This document shows, in pieces, positions 49,140-59,358 of a stretch of 64,000 nucleotides of DNA. The stretch covers positions 441,534 through 505,533 of the forward strand of contig JABGUJ010000001.1 in assembly GCA_018646625.1 (NCBI GenBank), written 5' to 3'. The notes beneath the pieces were generated by a model that saw only the letters and a list, made by a program, of their open reading frames with translations, was not told the DNA's origin and did not search any database. Within the stretch, counting starts at the first letter, position 1. Every line of letters starts with the position of its first letter. The position numbers were made by a program, and so were the translations under genes. The DNA comes from Candidatus Woesearchaeota archaeon. GTDB taxonomy: Archaea > Nanobdellota > Nanobdellia > Woesearchaeales > JABGUJ01.

Positions 49140-49622
49140 TTATTCTTTAGCTTCAGTAACTTCTTCTTGCTCAGCTGGTTTAGTTACTTCAACCTTTCCA
49201 CCTGCAGCCTGAACCTTATCTATAGCTCTGCTGCTTGCGTAGGGTGTAACAATTTCAAGCTTCTTAGTTACTTTACCTGAACCAAGCAATTTGTTATAGC
49301 CTATCTTCTTCAGATCAACTTTATAAACGTTATTGTTTAATTCAACTAGTTTCTCTTTAGCTAGAATATCAACCAACTCACATAGTTGACTTACATTAAT
49401 AGGAACCATCTCATCCTTGAGACCGTGATATCTAAAGCCGTAGCTACCAAAGTACTTACCGTTTTTCCAGATACAAGGTTTCTTCTGATCTCCTCGTTTA
49501 CCAGAGCCAGCCATACCTCTACCACCTCTGTGACCAGCTCCTCTTCTCTTCTTTTTAGAGCCACCACCGTGAGTGTGAGATCCACGATATTTTACTACTT
49601 TTTTTCTTTTGTGAACGACCAT
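49140..49622 (-). CDS. rpl15: 50S ribosomal protein uL15
   Basis: RGSHTHGGG..RGAGHRGGRG, KLLGSG. Confidence 0.95.
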   Translation of the reverse strand: MVVHKRKKVVKYRGSHTHGGGSKKKRRGAGHRGGRGMAGSGKRGDQKKPCIWKNGKYFGSYGFRYHGLKDEMVPINVSQLCELVDILAKEKLVELNNNVYKVDLKKIGYNKLLGSGKVTKKLEIVTPYASSRAIDKVQAAGGKVEVTKPAEQEEVTEAKE

Positions 49623-49623
49623 T

Positions 49624-50028
49624 TTAGAGCATTTTTTTGATTAATTCATTAATTTTATCATTTCTATCACCAAGCACTCCACCCATTGTAAACGGAGTCT
49701 TGATTCCCTTTCTCTCAAATCCACCTCTAGGAGGATGTAAGTTAAAGAAAGGCTTTGTTCTATTCTTATCATCAGGGTTTACTTTACCCCTTTTTTCAAC
49801 AAGAAGTTTAAGTGTTTCTTCATTAATTCTTCCCCAAGTAATGTAATCCTTTGCTTTTTTAACCATACCAAGGATTGCTGGAGTTTCTTCAATAACTACA
49901 CAAGCATGTTTTTTTCTTAATCTTAACATGTTAATTGTGTCTTTAATTTGAGGTCCTACATTGATTAGTCCTCTAACAAGTATAATTGCGACTAATTTGT
50001 TTCCAGTTTTAGGCTTTTCTTCACTCAT
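49624..50028 (-). CDS. rpl30: 50S ribosomal protein uL30
   Basis: KDYITWG, LHPPRGGF; start moved to 50028. Confidence 0.93.
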   Translation of the reverse strand: MSEEKPKTGNKLVAIILVRGLINVGPQIKDTINMLRLRKKHACVVIEETPAILGMVKKAKDYITWGRINEETLKLLVEKRGKVNPDDKNRTKPFFNLHPPRGGFERKGIKTPFTMGGVLGDRNDKINELIKKML

Positions 50029-50854
50029 TGGAATCTCCTTTAACCAGGCCACCTTGAACCATACCTAGTCTTTCAACATGAGTAGGTTGAACCTTTGTTT
50101 TTGTTAATTGATTAAGAGCTTCAAAGCAAGCTTTTACAACATTAGCTTTAGTTGAACTGTGTCCTTTGATCTTTGCCCATACGTCTTTAACGCCTGCAAG
50201 CTTTAAGATCTTTGCACATTCTCCTTCTGCACATAATCCAGTACCTTTAGGTGCCGGCATAAGTTTAACAGTAATACTTCCACATTTTCCTTTTACTTCA
50301 AAAGGAATCGAATGAGGTGTAGCACATCCGCATGCCCATGATCCACATCCCCGTGAAATCTTTATTAAATTTAATTTACCTTTTCTAAACGCTTTTTCTC
50401 TTGCAGGAACAGTTTCTTTTGCTTTACCACAGCCCATACCTATGTGACCGTTTCTGTCTCCTACAATTGCGATAGTTGAAAATGATGGTTTATTACCTTC
50501 CATAGTTTTCTTTTGAGTTTGTTTAAACACTCTTCTTTGACCGCCACCAAACTTACCTTTAGACTGACCTATTAACAACAAGTCATTCTCAACATCTGGA
50601 AGCAACATGTCAACAATTTCTGGTTCTCTAATGCTTAATCCGGCATCTAGTATAACATCAATATTGTAAATTTCACCGCTCTTAACTTTTCGTCCAACTC
50701 CTGTTTTTGGAGCCCATCCTTCCATCTCAGCTGCAACCTTAGTTACTTTTTTCTCAGGAACTTTTTCAACGTCCTCTACAACTTCTTCCACAGTAGGTTC
50801 TTTCTCTTCTTTAACTTCTACGTCTGGTTTTGGTTGCTTATCTTCTTCACTCAT
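50021..50854 (-). CDS. rps5: 30S ribosomal protein uS5
   Basis: WAPKTGVG, RGCGSW, PAPKGTG. Confidence 0.95.
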   Translation of the reverse strand: MSEEDKQPKPDVEVKEEKEPTVEEVVEDVEKVPEKKVTKVAAEMEGWAPKTGVGRKVKSGEIYNIDVILDAGLSIREPEIVDMLLPDVENDLLLIGQSKGKFGGGQRRVFKQTQKKTMEGNKPSFSTIAIVGDRNGHIGMGCGKAKETVPAREKAFRKGKLNLIKISRGCGSWACGCATPHSIPFEVKGKCGSITVKLMPAPKGTGLCAEGECAKILKLAGVKDVWAKIKGHSSTKANVVKACFEALNQLTKTKVQPTHVERLGMVQGGLVKGDSNE

Positions 50855-51438
50855 TTTGCACCTTTGATTTTATTCTTCAGTTCTTCAAACTGTGATGTGA
50901 TATTATCAGGATTTATACTAGTCTTAGCATAACCTGAAAATTGTTTTTTGAAAGCAGCTTCGTCCTTTGACTTAAGCTCTTTTGCATAATTAGCAATATG
51001 TGCTCCTTTAATTCTCTCTTCGCTAGGCAAGATTGTATCATCGTGTGGAACAGTTATTCCACCATCCAATACTCCCTTCAAAAAAGCGTACAATTTTCCG
51101 CCTTTAGGCGTACTTTGTAATCCGAGATCTAAGATTGCGTCTGATACATTCTTAGCTGCAGCTTTAACTCCAAGCATATATCCTGTTAAATATGAGGCAC
51201 TCATGTTATTATTAGAGAAAGACCATCCCATTTTTGATAGTTCCTTTGAGCTTACGGATGCAATTATTTTGTCTCCTTTAGCATCAAATGCAACAATCTG
51301 ACCTAAAATGTTCTTAAGGCTCTTTCTAATTACAAGTCTGTTTCTTCCAGACTTCAAATAAGCCACTCTCTTCTTATAATCAGTCTTCATTTCCCTTTTT
51401 CTTCTGTAGGGAACCGTGTATCTTTTTGGATTTTTCAT
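50851..51438 (-). CDS. rpl18: 50S ribosomal protein uL18
   Basis: RRKREMKTDY, RLVIRKS, GAHIANY. Confidence 0.95.
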   Translation of the reverse strand: MKNPKRYTVPYRRKREMKTDYKKRVAYLKSGRNRLVIRKSLKNILGQIVAFDAKGDKIIASVSSKELSKMGWSFSNNNMSASYLTGYMLGVKAAAKNVSDAILDLGLQSTPKGGKLYAFLKGVLDGGITVPHDDTILPSEERIKGAHIANYAKELKSKDEAAFKKQFSGYAKTSINPDNITSQFEELKNKIKGAK

Positions 51439-51887
51439 TTTTTCTGATTTAGCTTATGCTCGTCAATATAAAGTTTAATGTGTCTCTTGCTTCTAAAAAA
51501 TCCACCTTTGGATTTACAATACAAGTTACGATAAGTAGGAACAGTAATTATTTCCTTAGTCTTCAACTCTTTAAGGAATTCTCTTTGTACTCTCATTCTT
51601 ACAATCCATCTTTCTTTATCAGATAGTCTTGCAGTCTTTTTACCTTTTCTAGTACCTGGACCTTTTTGTCGACCTTTCCTTCTTTGTTCAAGTCTTTTTC
51701 TAGCTCGTACTCTTGATTGTCCGTTAGCTCTGATTAGGCCGATAAGTCCTTTATTGATGAGAGTTTTAACGTCAGCTTTAGTTATAGCTTCCTTTACCTC
51801 ATCCAGCCTTTCATCATCTAGCCAAACCTTTTTCTCTGAACACTTCAACAGTTGTGAAGCCAGCCTTTTTTGTGGTCCTATTTTCAT
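51435..51887 (-). CDS. rpl19e: 50S ribosomal protein eL19
   Basis: QKRLAS, GPGTRKG, KGGFFRS. Confidence 0.95.
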   Translation of the reverse strand: MKIGPQKRLASQLLKCSEKKVWLDDERLDEVKEAITKADVKTLINKGLIGLIRANGQSRVRARKRLEQRRKGRQKGPGTRKGKKTARLSDKERWIVRMRVQREFLKELKTKEIITVPTYRNLYCKSKGGFFRSKRHIKLYIDEHKLNQKK

Positions 51888-51899
51888 TTTTAATCAGTA

Positions 51900-52514
51900 T
51901 TAATCTTTAGTCGTGAGGACTTTGTCTTTTTCTTTTTTCTCTTCGGCTTTCTTTTCTTTTTCTTCGTCCTCGCCGCCTTCTTTTTCTACAGTCTTTTCTA
52001 AATCCTTTTCTTCTTTCTCTTTAGCTTCTTTTTCTCTCTTCTTCTTCCTTTCTTCTTTGTCAGTCTCTTTCTTCTTCTTTGAAGCTTTTTTGTCATCTAA
52101 GGATTTTTTAGTTTCATCAAGATATTTTTTAACATCTTTGATATTTGCAACTTTAATGTTCATCTCAACAGCTTTTGCTAAGATATCAAGCTGTTTCTTA
52201 AGGCCGACTGTGTGCGCAACCATAATAGCTTGAGTTTTAGTATCAATTTTTTGTAAATCTGAAATAGTTCTTACAACAACATGTTCCATGCCGTCATTTA
52301 CACAAACATCTCTAAGTTCAACAGGAGTTCTATAACCAAAGTCTACACATCTCCTGTATCCTCTCTTGTTATCGCCCATTTTGTTATGTAGTCCCTTAGG
52401 CTTTCTCCATTTATCGGAGCCTTTAAACTTGAGTTTATGAGAGTCAGTTCTAACAAAGGTTGGCCTCTTCTTCTTCATCAGCTTCTTTGCATCTAGTAGT
52501 TTGTTTTCTGCCAT
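51900..52514 (-). CDS. rpl32e: 50S ribosomal protein eL32 with a Lys/Glu-rich tail
   Basis: WRKPKGLHNK, GYRTP; operon position. Confidence 0.92.
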   Translation of the reverse strand: MAENKLLDAKKLMKKKRPTFVRTDSHKLKFKGSDKWRKPKGLHNKMGDNKRGYRRCVDFGYRTPVELRDVCVNDGMEHVVVRTISDLQKIDTKTQAIMVAHTVGLKKQLDILAKAVEMNIKVANIKDVKKYLDETKKSLDDKKASKKKKETDKEERKKKREKEAKEKEEKDLEKTVEKEGGEDEEKEKKAEEKKEKDKVLTTKD

Positions 52515-52518
52515 TTTC

Positions 52519-53064
52519 TTAAATTGCCTTTCCGTTCTTATTTATGACGTATATACCGTCTTGGAAAATTCTTCGATCTCTATTTGTGATTCTCATTAGT
52601 TGTTCAATACCTGCTGCAGTGTTTCCACATTTCTCAATGTCGATTCCTTCTACATTTATTTTGTCACCGTCAACTTTAACTGTAACACCAGGCTTAATCT
52701 TTAATGTTCTAGGGATCTTTTCTCCCAAGAAGTTTTTAACAGTAAACATGTCTCCATTAACGCTAACATTCATAGGGAAATGCCCTGAACAGATCTTAAG
52801 AGTATACGCTACACCATTTGTTGCACCATCAAACATGTTTCTAATGTGTGCTCTAAATGTTTTAATCTGTTTGTTTTCCCTCTTTGAAGGTTTAATTGCG
52901 TTTAATACGACTTTATTATCTTTAGCTTCAATCGTGATTTTAGGATCTCTTAGTGACCTAACTAGTTCTCCCTTTGCGCCCTTTACTGTAAGAGTGCCAG
53001 CTTCAAAAGTAGCTGTAACCCCTTCGGGAACATCCATTATTTCTTCGTAGTTATCAGGTCTCAT
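52519..53064 (-). CDS. rpl6: 50S ribosomal protein uL6
   Basis: HFPM, NFLGEK, DRRIFQDGIY. Confidence 0.95.
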   Translation of the reverse strand: MRPDNYEEIMDVPEGVTATFEAGTLTVKGAKGELVRSLRDPKITIEAKDNKVVLNAIKPSKRENKQIKTFRAHIRNMFDGATNGVAYTLKICSGHFPMNVSVNGDMFTVKNFLGEKIPRTLKIKPGVTVKVDGDKINVEGIDIEKCGNTAAGIEQLMRITNRDRRIFQDGIYVINKNGKAI

Positions 53065-53065
53065 T

Positions 53066-53458
53066 TTAGTAACAGTATGCTATTAGTCTTCCACCAATAT
53101 TTTTTTCTTTTGCCTCATCATGAGTCATCATACCTTTTGAAGTTGATACGATAAGGATTCCAAAACCTTTTGCAGGTAAGTACCTTTTCTCAAACTTCTC
53201 GAAGTTATCTTTTGTAACCGCGTGTCTAGGCTTAACAACACCACAATTGTTGACTTTTCCAATTAAATTGATTATAAGATGATCTCCTCTACCATCTGCT
53301 ACAACAGTAGATTCACCAACATAATGATGATCATTCATGATCTCTAGTATTTTCAATATAACTTTTGAATACGGCTTTACAACTATCTCTTTCTTGCTAA
53401 CTTTCTCAGCGTTCATTATTTTTGATAGCGTATTTGCCAATGGGTCATTTAGTACCAC
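53066..53458 (-). CDS. rps8: 30S ribosomal protein uS8
   Basis: DPLAN, STSKGMMTH, GGRLIAY. Confidence 0.95.
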   Translation of the reverse strand: MVLNDPLANTLSKIMNAEKVSKKEIVVKPYSKVILKILEIMNDHHYVGESTVVADGRGDHLIINLIGKVNNCGVVKPRHAVTKDNFEKFEKRYLPAKGFGILIVSTSKGMMTHDEAKEKNIGGRLIAYCY

Positions 53459-53469
53459 TTTAGTTCACC

Positions 53470-53700
53470 TTAATCATATTTCTTGAATCCAATTTCTGTT
53501 GCGATATCCCTAAAACATTTTCTGCACAAGTTCAAACCATAAGATTTGATGAATCCTCGTCGGGCACCACAGATCTTACAACAAAACTTAGCAATGCCGT
53601 GTTTTCTTTCTTTAGGAGCATTGTGTTTGATAAACTTACCATGCTTAGGTTTCTTAACCTTAAGCTGCGCAAGCATTTTTTTATGATCGCTTTGAGTCAT
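53470..53700 (-). CDS. rps14: 30S ribosomal protein uS14
   Basis: CKICG...LCRKCFR...GFKK. Confidence 0.95.
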   Translation of the reverse strand: MTQSDHKKMLAQLKVKKPKHGKFIKHNAPKERKHGIAKFCCKICGARRGFIKSYGLNLCRKCFRDIATEIGFKKYD

Positions 53701-54212
53701 TTTTCAACCTCGGTAGTAATACCGAACTCTTTTGTCATGAATTCGATTGCTTCTTTTTTTGTTATTTTATGATGTGCAGGTAGTTTAGTAGGTTTTATCT
53801 TTCTACTTTTAACCCTGTAACCAGGTCTACACAATGTAACTGAGACTTCAAAACCCATGATTCCTAATTCAGGATCATATTCTGCGCCAGGAATATCGAT
53901 ATACTCAGGTATTCCAAAAGAGAAAGTACCGCTCTCGCAAAATTGTTTTGAAAGTATAGTATCATCCTTTGCTTTTACAAGTCTAACAAGTAAAGCTTTA
54001 GCTTCTTCGCCTCTTAATGTAATCTTACATCCAATAGGCAAACCAGGTCTCAAACTCCATGCAGCAATTCTCTTGTTAGTTATTGTTTTAACCGGAGGAA
54101 TTCCTGATATGTTTTTCAAAAGTTTTTGACCTTTCTCTAGCTTATTGGCATCTTTACCAGCGCCAAAGTTAAGCGTCACTTTCTCTATCCGTATTTCTTG
54201 CATAGGATTCAT
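53697..54212 (-). CDS. rpl5: 50S ribosomal protein uL5
   Basis: MNPMQEIRIEK, IGCKITLRG; start moved to 54212. Confidence 0.95.
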   Translation of the reverse strand: MNPMQEIRIEKVTLNFGAGKDANKLEKGQKLLKNISGIPPVKTITNKRIAAWSLRPGLPIGCKITLRGEEAKALLVRLVKAKDDTILSKQFCESGTFSFGIPEYIDIPGAEYDPELGIMGFEVSVTLCRPGYRVKSRKIKPTKLPAHHKITKKEAIEFMTKEFGITTEVEK

Positions 54213-54213
54213 T

Positions 54214-54900
54214 TTAAATCTCAATAAGTGGTTTATCCTTTCCAACTACGAAGGCATATCTCCGAGCTGTTTCGAATATTTTATCTTCTGTTTTAATGTG
54301 AATTTTTTTCGTGCCCAAATCTTCTACAGTACCCACAAAACCAATATGTGCGCCACCTGTAAGATATACTAGTGCACCTTTCTCTAGCTTAAGAGCGCTA
54401 GTGATTTTTTTATCTTTGATGTCATACATAACTGTATCTCCAACCTTATACTCGTCTTTATCGACTTTCAAGTTGTGTCCATCAAAGAATTGTAATTGTG
54501 TAGCGCCTTTTGCGATCTTACCTTTACCAGTAATTCTTTTAGGCTTCAAGTTTGATTCTGCAGCTTTAACACTTTTAGCAAAAAGCTGACCGTTTTTGTT
54601 AAGTAGTAACCTATAGTTTTCCTTAGTTTTTGGAATTGATACTACATCCATTAAACCAATGCTATATCTATAATTTTTAACTTGTTTACCATCAACCAAA
54701 ATCTCAGATTTGTTAAGAATGTTCTTAACTTCCTTAGTTGTTTTAGCAAACTTCAGTTCTTCTTTGAACAGAGTGTTAATACTAATACTGTGGAGCAGTG
54801 GTTGTCCACCAGGCGAAGGTCTGGAGATAAATGTCTCTGCCTTTCTACCAATCTTCCACGTCTTTGGTGTGCTGATTCTTTTAAGATGATTTTTTACCAT
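54214..54900 (-). CDS. rps4e: 30S ribosomal protein eS4
   Basis: HLKRISTPKTW, GLMDVV, GGAHIG. Confidence 0.95.
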   Translation of the reverse strand: MVKNHLKRISTPKTWKIGRKAETFISRPSPGGQPLLHSISINTLFKEELKFAKTTKEVKNILNKSEILVDGKQVKNYRYSIGLMDVVSIPKTKENYRLLLNKNGQLFAKSVKAAESNLKPKRITGKGKIAKGATQLQFFDGHNLKVDKDEYKVGDTVMYDIKDKKITSALKLEKGALVYLTGGAHIGFVGTVEDLGTKKIHIKTEDKIFETARRYAFVVGKDKPLIEI

Positions 54901-54902
54901 TT

Positions 54903-55310
54903 TTACTTCTCTTTCTTATCCTCAGTTTTTGTACCTTTCTCCAATTTAGCAATTCTTGCTTTATCTTCGAGATGTAATTCAGTTATCATAAGATTTGATG
55001 GTTCGAAGGATACTAGCTTTTTGCTTCCTTCTTTTCTAGTGACTTCCAAACCTTCTAAGTATACCTTAGTTCTTTTTGTGCTAACCATTTGAACCTTAGC
55101 AACTTTTTTCTTGTAAGATCCTTTTAGTATTGTAACTTTGTCGCCTTTTCTAACCCTGACAGATCTACAACCGTACTTCTTTCTAAGTTCTGCAGACAAA
55201 TGTACTTTCAGGAAACTTCCCTTTAAGTGCAAAGGAGCATTCTTTCTATACTTTCTCTGCTTTCTTGGTTGTGTACTGCTTATCCATTTGGTTGAAAATT
55301 TTTGTTTCAT
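54903..55310 (-). CDS. rpl24: 50S ribosomal protein uL24
   Basis: QPRKQRK...APLH, VRKGDKV. Confidence 0.95.
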   Translation of the reverse strand: MKQKFSTKWISSTQPRKQRKYRKNAPLHLKGSFLKVHLSAELRKKYGCRSVRVRKGDKVTILKGSYKKKVAKVQMVSTKRTKVYLEGLEVTRKEGSKKLVSFEPSNLMITELHLEDKARIAKLEKGTKTEDKKEK

Positions 55311-55314
55311 TTTC

Positions 55315-55716
55315 TTAAATTAGTGTGTTTGCAATTTTTGCAACAGCAGGCCATCTTGATGCTGCTTCTTTAGCAACAGGACCTTTGAATATAGTTCCTT
55401 TTGGGTTACCTTTGTCGTCTTTCAGAACAACTGCTGCGTTATCCTCAAATTTAACCCTGGTTCCATCAGGTCTTTTGTATTCTTTTTTTTGTCTAACTAT
55501 GATCGCGAAAACAACTTTTTTTCTCATGTCTGGCTTACCTGACTTTACAGATGCCATAACCAAATCACCAACACCACATCCAGGAGTTCTTCTCTTAACA
55601 GTTTTGGCCCTTTTTACTGCGAATACTTTCAAGATTTTAGCTCCTGAATTATCGCAAGTAGGAACCCAACTACCAACTTGAAGTCCTTTTGTTACGTTAG
55701 CTTTTATTGCTTTCAT
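55315..55716 (-). CDS. rpl14: 50S ribosomal protein uL14
   Basis: DNSGAK, FEDNAAV, GPVAKE. Confidence 0.96.
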   Translation of the reverse strand: MKAIKANVTKGLQVGSWVPTCDNSGAKILKVFAVKRAKTVKRRTPGCGVGDLVMASVKSGKPDMRKKVVFAIIVRQKKEYKRPDGTRVKFEDNAAVVLKDDKGNPKGTIFKGPVAKEAASRWPAVAKIANTLI

Positions 55717-56060
55717 TTTTCAGTATTATCTTTCTGTATTACACAGAAACATTTCGTTTTACTTATTGGTCTGCATTCTTTAACTGTAACTACATCACCA
55801 ATAACTGCAGATACGCAATCAGGATTATGAGCAACAATTTTAGTTCTTGCTTTAATGTATCTTTCATACTTCGGAACGTATTTTCTCCTTTCGATAACTA
55901 TTCTAACCGTCCTAGTCATCTTATCAGAAACTACTTCTCCAGTAAACGCTCTACCTCTAAGCTTAAGACTACCATGAAAGGGGCAGTGACCATCTTCGCA
56001 CTTCTCCTTAGGTGCCTCGACTCCCAGGCCGACGTTTTTAATTTCGTTCTTTTTTGCCAT
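55713..56060 (-). CDS. rps17: 30S ribosomal protein uS17
   Basis: CPFHG, KYERY, ECRPISKTK. Confidence 0.96.
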   Translation of the reverse strand: MAKKNEIKNVGLGVEAPKEKCEDGHCPFHGSLKLRGRAFTGEVVSDKMTRTVRIVIERRKYVPKYERYIKARTKIVAHNPDCVSAVIGDVVTVKECRPISKTKCFCVIQKDNTEK

Positions 56061-56328
56061 TTTTGATTTTCAGTTTTGGTTTATCTTCAATTCTTTTTGT
56101 GATTTTATTTCCTGTGATTGTGATGTTATCCACAACAAAGGTTACGCTTGCTTTCATCAAAGTTTTTTGTCCTTGTTCACCATCAACAACAATTGTGTTT
56201 TTGGTTTCTCTAAGGACCTTTCCCTCAATTCCCACGCAATCTTTGTTCTTCGACTCAACAACTTTAATACTCTTACCAATCAAAGGCGCCTTCCACGCTT
56301 GTTCAATATCGTCTTTTCTTAAAGTCAT
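56038..56328 (-). CDS. rnp1: RNase P protein subunit Rpp29/POP4
   Basis: LIG..IKVV, GIEGKVLRETKNT; conserved position before uS17. Confidence 0.85.
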   Translation of the reverse strand: MTLRKDDIEQAWKAPLIGKSIKVVESKNKDCVGIEGKVLRETKNTIVVDGEQGQKTLMKASVTFVVDNITITGNKITKRIEDKPKLKIKNGKKERN

Positions 56329-56638
56329 CTTTCCGGATTTCGATCGTCTCTGGACTAAAACCCAAGGTCACCAAGACCTCTTTTACTTTTTGAGTGTGAT
56401 TTCCTTGAAGTTCAATTCTGCCATCTTTTGCTGTGCCACCGCAAGCAAACTTGTCCTTAAGTTTCTTTGACAAATCCTTAAGGTCGATGTCCTTTGAATC
56501 AATACCTTCAACAACAGTGTACTTTTTGCCAAATTTTCTGGCAACTTGACTTACTGTAATCTTTTGACTCTCCTTTGCGATTGATTCACAAACACAAAGT
56601 TCTTTGGGCAAACCGCACGTAGTGCATATCTCGCTCAT
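56303..56638 (-). CDS. sui1: Translation initiation factor SUI1 (aIF1)
   Basis: CGLPKELCVC, ACGGT, IELQGNH. Confidence 0.93.
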   Translation of the reverse strand: MSEICTTCGLPKELCVCESIAKESQKITVSQVARKFGKKYTVVEGIDSKDIDLKDLSKKLKDKFACGGTAKDGRIELQGNHTQKVKEVLVTLGFSPETIEIRKDDFKKRRY

Positions 56639-56839
56639 TTATTTACTAACCCTCCCTTTCTCGTTAAGAGTGGTTTTAATCCTTGCAATTGTTTTCTTCA
56701 ACTGCTTGATTTGCCCAGGTTTTTTTGGAGTAGTTCCTGTAGCAACTTGAGCATTAAGCTTGATTAGCTCCAGCCTCATTTCTTCCATTTTGCCGGTTAG
56801 CTCTTCTTCACCTTTTGATCGAATATCTTTATTTTTCAT
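56639..56839 (-). CDS. rpl29: 50S ribosomal protein uL29
   Basis: KKTIARIKT; operon position. Confidence 0.92.
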   Translation of the reverse strand: MKNKDIRSKGEEELTGKMEEMRLELIKLNAQVATGTTPKKPGQIKQLKKTIARIKTTLNEKGRVSK

Positions 56840-57605
56840 TTTCTTTTTTGTCTTTAGGAGTATCTTCTTTCTTCACTTTCTCTAGGTTTTTCTTTAACTC
56901 TTTTTGAGCCTCAGATTCCTTTGAGCTTTTCTTAGCAGTTGTTTTCTTTTTAGCAGCAGGCTTTTTCTTTTTGTCTACTGGCTTTGCTTCTTTAATCTCT
57001 TCTTCAATACGTCCTGTAACTTTGATATCATCAGGCATTTTAGTAGTTGGTGGCATGATTGATACCTTTACACCTACAACTCCTGATTTTAATCTTGCAG
57101 TAGTGTGTCCTCTGTATACGCCAACAAGAGCAGTATCTCCACACTTCTTCAAATATCCTGAATATACTCGCCAAGTTCTTGATCTTGCACTAGGAACCTT
57201 TCCTGAGATCAAAACCTCAATTCCTTTAGCACCTGCAGCCATTACATCGCTAACAGATTTATGCATGATTCCCTTGAATCTTTGAGATCCAAATCTTTCC
57301 ATACTTGATGCAATCCTTTCTGCAACAACTTGTGCGTCTAAGTTTACATTTGGAACTTCAGTAATTTCAATTTGAGGATTTTCCAAACCAAATTCTCTTT
57401 TCAGTTCGATAGTTAATCTCTTTATGTTTTGACCGTGGCTACCTACAATCAAACCAGGTCTTGAAACAGTAATTACGATTTTATCACCCATAGGTGTTTT
57501 TTGCAACTTAGTTGCTGAATGACCAACGTTTCTCATTTGTTCCTTGATATATCTCTGGATGAGATACTCCTTCTTGTTTTGGTCAACAAATTTTCGTTCA
57601 ATCAT
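56829..57605 (-). CDS. rps3: 30S ribosomal protein uS3
   Basis: RPGLIVG, GAKGIEVLISGK, GVVGVKVSI. Confidence 0.95.
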   Translation of the reverse strand: MIERKFVDQNKKEYLIQRYIKEQMRNVGHSATKLQKTPMGDKIVITVSRPGLIVGSHGQNIKRLTIELKREFGLENPQIEITEVPNVNLDAQVVAERIASSMERFGSQRFKGIMHKSVSDVMAAGAKGIEVLISGKVPSARSRTWRVYSGYLKKCGDTALVGVYRGHTTARLKSGVVGVKVSIMPPTTKMPDDIKVTGRIEEEIKEAKPVDKKKKPAAKKKTTAKKSSKESEAQKELKKNLEKVKKEDTPKDKKENEK

Positions 57606-58183
57606 TCTTTACTTTCCTCTTTGGGTTTTTTAGTAGTATCAGTTTTAGGTTTTTCTTCAACTTTTTTTGCCTCAACAGGCTTTGTTTCTTTAGCTTTAGG
57701 TGCTGTTTTCTTTGCAGGCTTAGCTTCCTTTTTAGGGGCTTCTTTACCTTCTTCAACAACAATTTCAACATGAGTACTCTTCATTTGTCTTCTTGACTGT
57801 CTACCATGTCTGTATGGTCGTGATGCCAAGTTAGCACTTGCATGCCTTATGACTAAGTTTGATGTGTTTAATCCTTTGTAACCTGCATTAGCTTCTACAG
57901 ATTCCAATAGTTTCAAGAATCTCTCGGAACTTTTAATTGGATATCTTCCTGATGCAATCTTACCTTTTCTGTGACCTACACCGTCAGTGTATCTTTTGAA
58001 TGGAACTGCTCTTTTCTTTTCCATAACTTCTCTCAAGTATAGTTTAGCTTTTTCAACATTCAAACCTCTAATCCAGTTGCATATTTCTATGCTCTGCTTA
58101 GTTGAGATATTATAACTAACACCAAGACCTCTAGCCATGTGTTGGTCGTCATATCCCTGGAATGAATAGTTCATATTTGCCAT
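57602..58183 (-). CDS. rpl22: 50S ribosomal protein uL22
   Basis: AVPFKRY, GRYPIK, THVEIV; start moved to 58183. Confidence 0.95.
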   Translation of the reverse strand: MANMNYSFQGYDDQHMARGLGVSYNISTKQSIEICNWIRGLNVEKAKLYLREVMEKKRAVPFKRYTDGVGHRKGKIASGRYPIKSSERFLKLLESVEANAGYKGLNTSNLVIRHASANLASRPYRHGRQSRRQMKSTHVEIVVEEGKEAPKKEAKPAKKTAPKAKETKPVEAKKVEEKPKTDTTKKPKEESKE

Positions 58184-58184
58184 T

Positions 58185-58550
58185 TTACTTTCTCTTAGTA
58201 GTTTGTCCAACTCCTGGTGAGCTGTGTATTAATCTTTTTCTAGTTAGTGAAAACTCTCCTAGTCTTCTGCCAACCATTTTATCTTGAATAAGGATTTCTT
58301 CGTATTTTTTACCGTTATGTATTAAGATGGTTTTATCAATCATTTCTGGAAGGATTACCATATCTCTACAATGAGTTTTGATTCTGTCTTTTGTCTTAAG
58401 GTTCTTTAACAAAACTTTCTCAGGATCAGTAAAGCCTCTAGTGATCTTTCTTCTTATGCTCGAAGGAGCAAGCTCTGCAAATTGATTAAGGCTTAGTTCT
58501 TTAAGCTCTTCAACCTTTTTTCCGTGAAATTTGAATTCTTTTTTTGCCAT
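58185..58550 (-). CDS. rps19: 30S ribosomal protein uS19
   Basis: KTHCRDMVILPEM, LGEFSLTR. Confidence 0.95.
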   Translation of the reverse strand: MAKKEFKFHGKKVEELKELSLNQFAELAPSSIRRKITRGFTDPEKVLLKNLKTKDRIKTHCRDMVILPEMIDKTILIHNGKKYEEILIQDKMVGRRLGEFSLTRKRLIHSSPGVGQTTKRK

Positions 58551-58559
58551 TTTGGATCT

Positions 58560-59357
58560 TTATTTTTTACCTTTAAGACTCTTACCAGTTTTGTTTTCTT
58601 TCTTTCTCTTTCCTGCTCCACCTTTGGAAATCTTTGTGCTTCTGCCTTTTCTTTGACCTGTTTGTCTTGCACCAATCTTTCCTACTTTTCTTCCTTTAGG
58701 AGCATCTTTTGAAGTACAATGTGATCGTCCTTTAGTATGTGAACTTGCCTTACCGAATGGGTGATCTACTGCGTTCATAGATGTACCGCTTACGATTGGC
58801 CATAATTTGTTCTTTGCTTTGTATTTGTAATATGCATTACCTGCTTTCATCAAAGGTTTCTCTAATCTTCCACCACCTGCAACAACACCAATGTTTGCTC
58901 TGCATTTTGGAGAAAATTGTTTCTTTTTCTTTGATGGTAACTGTACAATAACTTTTCCTTTAACTTTAGTTAGCACTTTAGCAAAAACACCAGAACCCCT
59001 AGCGAACTTACCGCCATCTCCTGGCTGTGCTTCAATATTGAATATTGCAGTTCCTTCAGGAATCTTATCTAATTCCAAAGTACTTCCAACAGTTAAATTT
59101 TCAGGATCTTGATTGCTTACCTTATCACCAACACAAATACCCTCTGCAGCCACAAGGAACAATTCTTGACCGTCCTCATATCTTACTTTCGCAAGAGGTG
59201 CTGAATGACCTGCGCAATGAATAATATCTAGTACAATACCAAATGTACTCTCTGATTGAATAGTTAGATGTTTAGCAACTCCTTTATACCTAAAGCTAGG
59301 CGCTCTATAAGTAGGTCCGCCCTTTCCTCTTGCTTGTTGTATTAGTCGCTTTCCCAT
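58560..59357 (-). CDS. rpl2: 50S ribosomal protein uL2
   Basis: MGKRL..QARGKG, MNAVDHPFG. Confidence 0.96.
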   Translation of the reverse strand: MGKRLIQQARGKGGPTYRAPSFRYKGVAKHLTIQSESTFGIVLDIIHCAGHSAPLAKVRYEDGQELFLVAAEGICVGDKVSNQDPENLTVGSTLELDKIPEGTAIFNIEAQPGDGGKFARGSGVFAKVLTKVKGKVIVQLPSKKKKQFSPKCRANIGVVAGGGRLEKPLMKAGNAYYKYKAKNKLWPIVSGTSMNAVDHPFGKASSHTKGRSHCTSKDAPKGRKVGKIGARQTGQRKGRSTKISKGGAGKRKKENKTGKSLKGKK

Positions 59358-59358
59358 T